From Actinobacteria bacterium UBA5976 (GTDB lineage Bacteria; Actinomycetota; Actinomycetes; S36-B12; UBA5976): a stretch of DNA of 27,979 bases. Every line of letters begins with the position of its first letter. Positions within the stretch are counted from its first letter, which is position 1. The notes beneath the pieces are model-generated. The model was not told where the DNA came from and made no database searches. It was given only the letters and a program-made list of their open reading frames with translations. A program made the translations under genes and the position numbers. Shown piece by piece: positions 20,982-27,979 of the stretch. The stretch spans positions 861-28,839 of the forward strand of contig DJBM01000032.1 in the NCBI GenBank assembly GCA_002430405.1. Reading direction: 5' to 3'.

Positions 20982-22646
20982 TTAGGCGGGTGGGCCAACT
21001 GAAATGTTCAAGGTAACAGGACGCAGAGTTTCAGCATAAAAATCATTTCCTTTGTCATCAACGATTACAAAGGCTGGAAAATCCTTAACTTGGATTTTCC
21101 AGACTGCTTCCATACCCATTTCTGGAAAATCTAAAACTTCAACTTTAGTTATGTTGTCTTTAGCTAACCGAGCTGCTGGACCACCAATTGAGCCAAGATA
21201 AAAACCACCGTTGTCTTGACACGCTTTAGTGACTGCCTTACTTCTATTTCCTTTTGCAAGCATGACGTAAGAGCCACCGGCTTTTTGGAAGCGATCCACG
21301 TAAGCATCCATCCGCCCAGCAGTTGTTGGGCCAAATGAGCCAGACGCATAACCTTCGGGAGTTTTTGCTGGGCCGGCGTAGTAAACCGCATGATCTTTAA
21401 AGTACTGCGGAAGCTCTTCCCCGCGATCTAGCATTTCCAAAATTTTGGCGTGCGCAAGATCCCGAGCCACGATTAAGGACCCTGTTAACGAGATGCGAGT
21501 CTTTACTTCAAGACCAGAAAGTACTTTACGGATTTGATCCATCGGCTGATCTAGATTGATGTTGACGACGTCTTCAGCAAAGTGTTCAGCAGTAACCTCT
21601 GGCAGAAAACGTGCAGGATCTTTTTCAAGTGCTTCAATGTAAGCACCAGTTGCATCAATCTTGACAATTGCTTGTCGGTCTGCCGAGCAAGAGACTGCAA
21701 TGGCAATTGGGCACGATGCTCCGTGACGCGGTAATCGGATCACGCGCACATCGTGGCAGAAGTACTTACCACCAAACTGCGCTCCAATTCCAAAACTTTG
21801 TGTGAGTTTAAGAATTTCAGCTTCCATTTCCAAGTCGCGATACCCATTTCCATCAGGACCACCACTTGTGGGAAGAGTATCTAAATATTTTGTACTAGCT
21901 AATTTTGAAACTTTTAATGCATACTCCGCGCTAGTGCCACCGACAACAATTGCCAAGTGGTAAGGCGGGCAAGCGGAGGTTCCAATCAATCTGAGCTTCT
22001 CATCCATAAATTGCAAGAAACTTGCCTTGTTAAGTACCGCCTTAGTTTCTTGATACAGGAAGCTCTTGTTTGCGCTTCCGCCACCTTTGGCTATGAATAA
22101 AAGTTCGTAACTATTTTCGTGACCGGGTTTAGTGTCTGAATAAATCTCAATCTGGGCTGGCAAGTTATCACCAGTATTTTTTTCATCCCACATGTTTAGC
22201 GGCGAAAGTTGAGAATATCGCAGATTTAATTTTTGGTAAGCCTGATAAATTCCGCGACTAAGTGATTCCTCATCAGGTCCCGTGGTAAGCACCTGCGAAC
22301 CGCGCTTTGCTGAAATAATTGCTGTTCCAGTGTCTTGGCACATGGGTAAAACCCCACCAGCTGCAATATTTGCATTCTTCATTAAGTCAGTTGCAACAAA
22401 CCGATCATTGGGTGAGGCAGTTGAATCATCGATGATGCTACGAAGCTGCTCCAAATGACTGGTGCGTAAGTAATGGGAGATGTCATGAATTGCTTCGTAA
22501 GCAACTTTCTCAAGAACGCTAGGTTCGATGTTTAGAAAAGTTCGGTCCCCGATGGTTGTGGTTGAGATACCTTCCGTTGTTACTAAACGAAACTCCGTGG
22601 GATTTTCCGCCAGCGGAAGGATTTCGGTGTAGTTAAACGAAGTCAT
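20982..22646 (-). CDS. fumA: Class I (Fe-S) fumarate hydratase
   Basis: [50 protein letters not shown]. Confidence 0.93.
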   Translation of the reverse strand: MTSFNYTEILPLAENPTEFRLVTTEGISTTTIGDRTFLNIEPSVLEKVAYEAIHDISHYLRTSHLEQLRSIIDDSTASPNDRFVATDLMKNANIAAGGVLPMCQDTGTAIISAKRGSQVLTTGPDEESLSRGIYQAYQKLNLRYSQLSPLNMWDEKNTGDNLPAQIEIYSDTKPGHENSYELLFIAKGGGSANKSFLYQETKAVLNKASFLQFMDEKLRLIGTSACPPYHLAIVVGGTSAEYALKVSKLASTKYLDTLPTSGGPDGNGYRDLEMEAEILKLTQSFGIGAQFGGKYFCHDVRVIRLPRHGASCPIAIAVSCSADRQAIVKIDATGAYIEALEKDPARFLPEVTAEHFAEDVVNINLDQPMDQIRKVLSGLEVKTRISLTGSLIVARDLAHAKILEMLDRGEELPQYFKDHAVYYAGPAKTPEGYASGSFGPTTAGRMDAYVDRFQKAGGSYVMLAKGNRSKAVTKACQDNGGFYLGSIGGPAARLAKDNITKVEVLDFPEMGMEAVWKIQVKDFPAFVIVDDKGNDFYAETLRPVTLNISVGPPA

Positions 22647-22749
22647 ATTCCTAGCCTATTCCTAAGTTTGGAGCCAGCACTGCGCAAGGATCGCAGCTAG
22701 CTCCCAAAGTGGCTGCGCGATCTCTCATTAAACAGTGCAATATAGAGCA

Positions 22750-23313
22750 ATGGCTAGCCGCAAACCTCGAGGTCGAGAGACTGCATGGGACATGATTTTG
22801 TCCATGGCAGCCGTAATAGGAACAGTTGGCGTGATCATGTTGTTGGCATGGCGGCCGCAACAAGAAATTGTGCAAGCCATCGACTATCCAGCAGCAGTTG
22901 AAACTGCCAAACTTTCTCAAATTTGGCCAATATCTGTGCCGGACAAAATACCGCAGGGCTATCGAGCTACAAGCGCCAGATTTGAACCCGAGTCTTATGG
23001 TGAGGTCGGTGATGTTAGATGGCTAGTTGGCTTTCAAACGCCAGCTGGTGAATACATATCTATTTGGCAAAGTGATGGCCCTAAGCGAAAAGTAATCGCG
23101 ACCGCCACTAACGATGCACCTTGCGAGAGTACTGAGTTGATTACGAACGCAAAGACGGCGATCGCTACAACTTGGCAAAAGTGTGAAACTGACAAACCAC
23201 TTACTCGGGCCTACGTTCAAACTAATGGTGAGGTTACAACCGTGGTAGGCGGAACAGTGCAGTGGCCAGAATTGCTGAAATTTACTGAGTCCTTAGAACC
23301 GGTTAGTCCGTAG
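22750..23313 (+). CDS. DUF4245 family membrane-anchored protein (Rv1100-like)
   Basis: RGRETAWDMILS followed by one TM segment, P..IPQGYRATSAR, W.VGFQTP, TVVGG. Syntenic position next to xseAB. Start set at ATG 22750. Confidence 0.75.
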   Translation: MASRKPRGRETAWDMILSMAAVIGTVGVIMLLAWRPQQEIVQAIDYPAAVETAKLSQIWPISVPDKIPQGYRATSARFEPESYGEVGDVRWLVGFQTPAGEYISIWQSDGPKRKVIATATNDAPCESTELITNAKTAIATTWQKCETDKPLTRAYVQTNGEVTTVVGGTVQWPELLKFTESLEPVSP

Positions 23314-23314
23314 T

Positions 23315-23539
23315 ATTAAGCCATGCCAAAAGACGAACTTTCATATGAGGCCGCTAAATCTCAATTAGACGAGGTGGTAGCACTCCTTGAAGATAAAGAC
23401 ATCCCACTTGATGACATGGTAAAACTTTGGGAACAAGGGGAAAAGCTAGCCGCGATTTGTGAAGCAAAACTTGCTGGCGCTAAATCGCGTCTAGAGGCAC
23501 TTCGACCTGCCACAAAGAATGACTCAGACGAGGCTTAAT
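23315..23539. repeat. 8-bp inverted repeat ATTAAGCC (23315-23322) / GGCTTAAT (23532-23539) bracketing xseB
   Basis: Read directly from the sequence. The left arm abuts the xseB ATG; the right arm covers both the xseB and xseA stop codons. Confidence 0.9.
23323..23538 (+). CDS. xseB: Exodeoxyribonuclease VII small subunit
   Basis: LSYEAA..QLDEVV..LE...PLDD...LWEQGEKL...C...L..A pattern, 71 aa. Confidence 0.92.
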   Translation: MPKDELSYEAAKSQLDEVVALLEDKDIPLDDMVKLWEQGEKLAAICEAKLAGAKSRLEALRPATKNDSDEA

Positions 23540-24758
23540 CTGCTGAAATTTCAGCACTAGTTTCACCATCAGCAAATCGGATTTTTACTGAAGTACCTGC
23601 CGGTACGGAATTAACCGTACGTACGATTTCGCCGCCTTTTGTCCGGACAATTGCAAAACCACGCTCAAGGGTTCCTTGCGGTGAGAGTGCTCGTAAAGTG
23701 GCTGACGCACCCTTAATGTGTGAGCTTTCTAATTTTATGAAATTCAAAACTTGAACATAAATAGATGTTCTTATTGTGCTGTTATCTTTGCGCCGTTGCT
23801 CAATCAATGTTGCAGGCGAAGCTAAAGCAGGTCGATTTCTAGTTAGTTCAAGTTGTTGTTCTAGGCGATGCAGGTTTGTTAAAACTAAAGTTCGGATTCT
23901 GGCCCAAGAATTTCGTAAGTCTGCGATTTCCTGTAAAACGTCGGGAACAATCTTGCGCGCAGCATCTGTGGGCGTTGAGGCCCGATAATCAGCAACGTAA
24001 TCAATTAACGGCCGATCTTCTTCGTGTCCTATCGCTGCCACAACGGGTGTGCTAACACTTGCTACCACTCGAATCAGCGATTCGTCGCTAAAGGGCAATA
24101 AATCTTCAAATGCCCCACCACCGCGAGCAATAACAATTACGTCGATATCACTTATGGCATCAAGTTCAGTTAGTGCGGCGCTCACCTGTCTGACACAATT
24201 CACACCTTGCACTGCCACCTCACGTACTTCAAATTGCACATCTGGCCACCGTCGTTTCGCATTTTCAATGACGTCATGCATCGCGTCGCTACCTTGGCCA
24301 CATATCAACCCAATTCGTCTCGGCAGAAACGGCAATGGCTTCTTTCGATCTTCATTGAAAAGTCCTTCGGCAGCCAACATATTGCGCAATGCCTCCAGCC
24401 GAGCCATTAACTCGCCAATTCCAACGGCGCGCAGCTGCAGCACTTTGAACTGCATAGATCCTCGCTTGGCCCACCAATCAGCTTTTACTTGAGCTAGAAC
24501 CCGAGTGCCCTGTTGCGCACTTGTTGCCAAGGATTCCATCACGCCAGAAGCAACATAAAGTGAAAGTGATACGTCTCGATCAGTGTCTCGAAGGGATAAG
24601 TAGGTAAGGCCTTTACGCGGATTTACCTCTGCCAACTGGCCTTCAACCCAAATGGTTCCAAGCCGCGCTATGTATTCCCCAATCATGGTGGAAACCGAAT
24701 GAACAGCCAATGGGCTTTCAGGTGCTTGCCCAGGCTTGCTGGTTTCGATCTCATCCAT
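23535..24758 (-). CDS. xseA: Exodeoxyribonuclease VII large subunit
   Basis: [49 protein letters not shown]. Start moved to ATG 24758 because the longer ORF would overlap ispH. Confidence 0.93.
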   Translation of the reverse strand: MDEIETSKPGQAPESPLAVHSVSTMIGEYIARLGTIWVEGQLAEVNPRKGLTYLSLRDTDRDVSLSLYVASGVMESLATSAQQGTRVLAQVKADWWAKRGSMQFKVLQLRAVGIGELMARLEALRNMLAAEGLFNEDRKKPLPFLPRRIGLICGQGSDAMHDVIENAKRRWPDVQFEVREVAVQGVNCVRQVSAALTELDAISDIDVIVIARGGGAFEDLLPFSDESLIRVVASVSTPVVAAIGHEEDRPLIDYVADYRASTPTDAARKIVPDVLQEIADLRNSWARIRTLVLTNLHRLEQQLELTRNRPALASPATLIEQRRKDNSTIRTSIYVQVLNFIKLESSHIKGASATLRALSPQGTLERGFAIVRTKGGEIVRTVNSVPAGTSVKIRFADGETSAEISAD

Positions 24759-24817
24759 GGATCTATTGTGCCCAATGCCGCAACGCAAGTGTGGGCGATC
24801 TGGTTTACGATAGAGCA

Positions 24818-25783
24818 GTGAGCCAAACGCAGCGCAAAGTTCTATTAGCAAAACCCCGCGGTTATTGTGCGGGCGTAGACCGCGCGGTAGAGACTGTGGA
24901 AAAAACACTCGCGTTGCATGGCGCCCCAATTTACGTCCGCAAAGAGATAGTCCACAACAAGTTCGTGGTAACTGAACTTGAAGCAAAAGGCGCCATTTTT
25001 GTTAATGAGACCGATGAAGTTCCAGAAGGCGCAACGGTAGTTTTTAGCGCACATGGTGTTTCACCTGCTGTCCATGACCAAGCAGCACAACGAAATTTAA
25101 AGACAATTGATGCGACCTGTCCACTAGTTACAAAAGTTCATGCCGAGGCACGCCGGTTTGCCCAAGACGATTATCAAATTTTGTTTATTGGACACGAAGG
25201 CCACGAAGAAGTTGAAGGCACAATGGGTGAAGCGCCCAAGAACATGACATTGGTAGATGGCCCAGCTCACGTCCAAGACATTGAAATTGATCCAAGCCGT
25301 CCAGTTGCGTGGCTATCCCAGACCACTTTGTCAGTTGATGAAACTCTAGAAACTGTCGATAGATTACGCACCAAGTTCCCCCAGTTATTAGACCCACCAA
25401 GTGATGACATTTGCTACGCCACTCAAAATCGTCAAAAAGCTGTGAAAGAAATATCAGATAAATGTGAACTCATGATTGTTGTTGGCTCAGCAAATTCATC
25501 AAACACTGTTCGATTGGTGGACGTAGCAATTGAGGCAGGCGCAAAAGCGGCTTATCGCGTGGATTTCGCTTCTGAGATTAACGAAGAATGGCTTTCTGGG
25601 GTAACGACCGTTGGGTTGACCAGTGGCGCATCTGTGCCAGAGATATTGGTCAATGGGGTGCTCACTTGGCTAGCCCAGCGCGGCTTTTCTGACGTTGAAG
25701 AAGTAGAAACTATTGAAGAGCATTTGCAATTCGCGCTACCGCCAGAATTACGTAGAGATATTAAGGCTGCCGGCCGCGCCTAA
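24818..25783 (+). CDS. ispH: 4-hydroxy-3-methylbut-2-enyl diphosphate reductase
   Basis: [61 protein letters not shown] 24818 has TACGAT 6 nt upstream. Confidence 0.95.
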   Translation: MSQTQRKVLLAKPRGYCAGVDRAVETVEKTLALHGAPIYVRKEIVHNKFVVTELEAKGAIFVNETDEVPEGATVVFSAHGVSPAVHDQAAQRNLKTIDATCPLVTKVHAEARRFAQDDYQILFIGHEGHEEVEGTMGEAPKNMTLVDGPAHVQDIEIDPSRPVAWLSQTTLSVDETLETVDRLRTKFPQLLDPPSDDICYATQNRQKAVKEISDKCELMIVVGSANSSNTVRLVDVAIEAGAKAAYRVDFASEINEEWLSGVTTVGLTSGASVPEILVNGVLTWLAQRGFSDVEEVETIEEHLQFALPPELRRDIKAAGRA

Positions 25784-26171
25784 AAATTGATATGGCTGCA
25801 CTTACTGCAGTCGCACCGAGAATCCACCAAGCATGCATTGCTAAGCCGTAAGACAAATGCAGAATCTGTTCGCGGATAAAAGATCCGCCGCGCATTGGAG
25901 CTAGTTGTCCAACAGTGAGCAGCGAAATAACCCAAGCCAACGGGGTAATCCAGATACCAGATTGATAGTCGGAAGTTCGAACACTCAGCGCTGCTGTAAT
26001 TCCACCTACCAGCATTCCAAGGTCAGAAATCAGTCCAATATTTCCGTTAATCAAAATATCCAATGCCATCACAACCATCATGATGAAAGGCGTCAAAATA
26101 ATTACGCCCGGATAAGTCCAGCCAACATTTGCGGGAACCATCTCAGCTGTGCGCTTTGCGGAAATCTGCAT
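25761..26171 (-). CDS. Membrane protein, DUF6542-like (Rv1111c position)
   Basis: Four hydrophobic segments. Lies between ispH and ychF as in other actinobacteria. TACCTT 6 nt before the ATG. The family call rests mainly on synteny. Confidence 0.6.
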   Translation of the reverse strand: MQISAKRTAEMVPANVGWTYPGVIILTPFIMMVVMALDILINGNIGLISDLGMLVGGITAALSVRTSDYQSGIWITPLAWVISLLTVGQLAPMRGGSFIREQILHLSYGLAMHAWWILGATAVSAAISIFRRGRQP

Positions 26172-26237
26172 GCCTCTAAGGTATCTGGTTACTGGGGTGT
26201 CGCAGGAGCACCTGGGTTACCTCTACGCTTAGATTCC

Positions 26238-27311
26238 ATGGCCCTAACTATTGGAATCGTTGGTTTACCGAACGTTGGTAAATCCACATTATTTAATGCA
26301 TTAACAAAAAATAATGTTTTGGCGGCCAATTACCCATTTGCCACAATCGAACCAAACACCGGCGTAGTAGAAGTCCCAGACGCGCGACTGCCCGTTTTAT
26401 CTGGAATTTTCAATTCGGAGCGAATTCTGCCGGCAACCGTAACTTTTGTGGACATCGCTGGAATTGTTCGCGGCGCGAGTGAAGGTGAAGGACTGGGAAA
26501 TAAATTCTTGGCCAACATTCGCGAGTCAGAAGCCATCTGTCAGGTTATTAGAGCATTTAAAGATCCTGATGTAGTTCATGTTGATGGTGCGATTTCACCA
26601 AAAGATGACATTGAAACAATTAACACCGAATTAATTTTGGCAGACATGCAGACCTTAGAAAAAGTGATGCCAAGATTATTGAAAGAATCACGCCTCGATA
26701 AAGCTAAGGCAGAAGCATTGGCTACTGCAGAGCAAGCGGTTGAGATTTTGAACTCAGGTAAAACTATTTTCGAATCAAAATTAGATTATGAACCAATTCG
26801 GGAACTATTTTTGCTAACTGCAAAACCATTTATCTACGTATTTAATTTAGACGAAGAAGAACTTGTCGATGTGGAACTCAAAAAATCACTTAGTGCATTA
26901 GTTGCTCCAGTTGAAGCAGTGTTTATGAATGCCAAGCTGGAAGCTGAACTTGGCGATTTGCCAGCTGATGAAGCACTTGATCTGTTGCAATCTGTTGGTC
27001 AAAATGAAAGTGGAATTTCCATACTTTCTCGCGTGGGATTTAAAACCCTAGGTTTACAAACTTATTTGACGGCTGGCCCAAAGGAGTCACGCGCTTGGAC
27101 TATCCCAGTTGGAGCCACTGCTCCAGAGGCAGCAGGAGTAATTCACACCGACTTTCAAAAAGGATTCATAAAAGCCGAGATAGTGGCTTTTGCTGACTTA
27201 GTATCAGCGGGATCTGTTGCGCAAGCAAAAGCGAATGGAAAAGTCCGCATGGAAGGTAAAGATTACGTCATGGCCGATGGTGACGTTGTCGAATTTCGCT
27301 TTAACGTTTAA
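26238..27311 (+). CDS. ychF: Redox-regulated ATPase YchF (Obg family)
   Basis: GIVGLPNVGKSTLFNALT, NYPFATIEPN, DIAGIV, GEGLGNKFL, IHTDFQKGFI, DGDVVEFRFNV. True start is ATG 26238, not 25905. Confidence 0.96.
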   Translation: MALTIGIVGLPNVGKSTLFNALTKNNVLAANYPFATIEPNTGVVEVPDARLPVLSGIFNSERILPATVTFVDIAGIVRGASEGEGLGNKFLANIRESEAICQVIRAFKDPDVVHVDGAISPKDDIETINTELILADMQTLEKVMPRLLKESRLDKAKAEALATAEQAVEILNSGKTIFESKLDYEPIRELFLLTAKPFIYVFNLDEEELVDVELKKSLSALVAPVEAVFMNAKLEAELGDLPADEALDLLQSVGQNESGISILSRVGFKTLGLQTYLTAGPKESRAWTIPVGATAPEAAGVIHTDFQKGFIKAEIVAFADLVSAGSVAQAKANGKVRMEGKDYVMADGDVVEFRFNV

Positions 27312-27383
27312 CGAGCCACTGCGCCCGATAGCAACAAACTTGTTGGTGATCAAACGAGACATTTCACAACTAGAATAAGGACA

Positions 27384-27979
27384 GTGACCCAAACTGCTGT
27401 TCGCAACGACCTTCGAAATGTTGCAATTATTGCCCACGTTGACCATGGAAAAACCACTCTGGTAGATGCCATGCTTTGGCAATCCGGTGCTTTCCGGGCA
27501 AATCAAGATGTCAATGACCGAGTCATGGATTCCATGGATCTTGAGCGGGAAAAAGGAATCACGATTCTGGCTAAGAACACCGCAGTGCGATACAACGGAC
27601 CTTCGGCGCAAGAGGGTGGCGTAACCCTCAACATTATTGACACCCCTGGTCACGCTGACTTTGGTGGCGAAGTTGAGCGCGGCCTGGAAATGGTGGATGC
27701 GGTCGTTCTCCTGGTTGATGCAAGCGAAGGCCCACTGCCACAAACTCGTTTCGTGTTGCGCAAAGCTCTCCAGAAGCGACTTCCAGTAATTCTATTAATT
27801 AACAAAGTTGATCGCCCGGATGCTCGTATTGCCGAAGTAGTCGATGAAACTTATGAATTGTTTTTTGATTTAGATGCTGACGAAGAACAAATTCAATTTC
27901 CAATTATTTATGCATCAGCCAAAGCTGGCAGGGCTTCGTTAAAACGTCCCGTAGATGGTGGGATGCCAGAGGAAGAAAA
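27384..27979 (+). CDS. typA: Translational GTPase TypA/BipA; 3' end lies outside the window
   Basis: Absent from the ORF track because it has no stop in the window. Translated by hand from GTG 27384: [65 protein letters not shown]. Confidence 0.95.
   Translation, partial: MTQTAVRNDLRNVAIIAHVDHGKTTLVDAMLWQSGAFRANQDVNDRVMDSMDLEREKGITILAKNTAVRYNGPSAQEGGVTLNIIDTPGHADFGGEVERGLEMVDAVVLLVDASEGPLPQTRFVLRKALQKRLPVILLINKVDRPDARIAEVVDETYELFFDLDADEEQIQFPIIYASAKAGRASLKRPVDGGMPEEE

Noticed and set aside
24710-24986. Apparent overlap of the extended xseA and ispH ORFs
   Set aside because: Artefact of upstream start choice. Starts at 24758 and 24818 leave a 59-bp divergent gap with a -10-like element for each gene.
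25905-26237. 111-aa N-terminal extension of YchF in the ORF track
   Set aside because: Overlaps the opposite-strand membrane protein gene. YchF homology begins at MALTIGIVG (26238).
27204-27743. 179-aa minus-strand ORF across the ychF/typA junction
   Set aside because: Antisense shadow of two highly conserved GTPase/ATPase genes.
1-27979. tRNA, rRNA, IS elements, prophage or defence genes
   Set aside because: None recognisable. Nearly all bases are accounted for by conserved housekeeping genes and short intergenic gaps.

Overview
Compact, chromosome-like housekeeping region from an Actinomycetota genome of moderate GC (visually about 45-50%). Gene content and leaderless promoters suggest a streamlined lineage; this is inference. 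Gene order: sdhA (5' partial), sdhB, stand-alone methylmalonyl-CoA mutase catalytic domain, bccA/maf/pccE/pccB on the minus strand, birA, GtrA-family gene, mtrA-mtrB-lpqB-comF, a raiA-motif ncRNA, CynX-like MFS, SOUL heme protein, YyaL, cis-prenyltransferase, phoH2, class I fumarase, DUF4245, xseB, xseA, ispH, DUF6542-like, ychF, typA (3' partial). No tRNA, rRNA, transposase, integrase or cas gene was seen. Three signals stand out. (1) A raiA-motif RNA of about 264 nt that the ORF track does not explain, with its own predicted promoter and no raiA/hpf gene behind it. (2) An array of three exact copies of a 20-bp palindromic repeat at a 38-bp period with 18-bp unique spacers, between the convergent mutase and bccA genes. 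(3) xseB lies opposite to xseA and is bounded by an 8-bp inverted repeat whose inversion would rebuild an intact xseAB operon.
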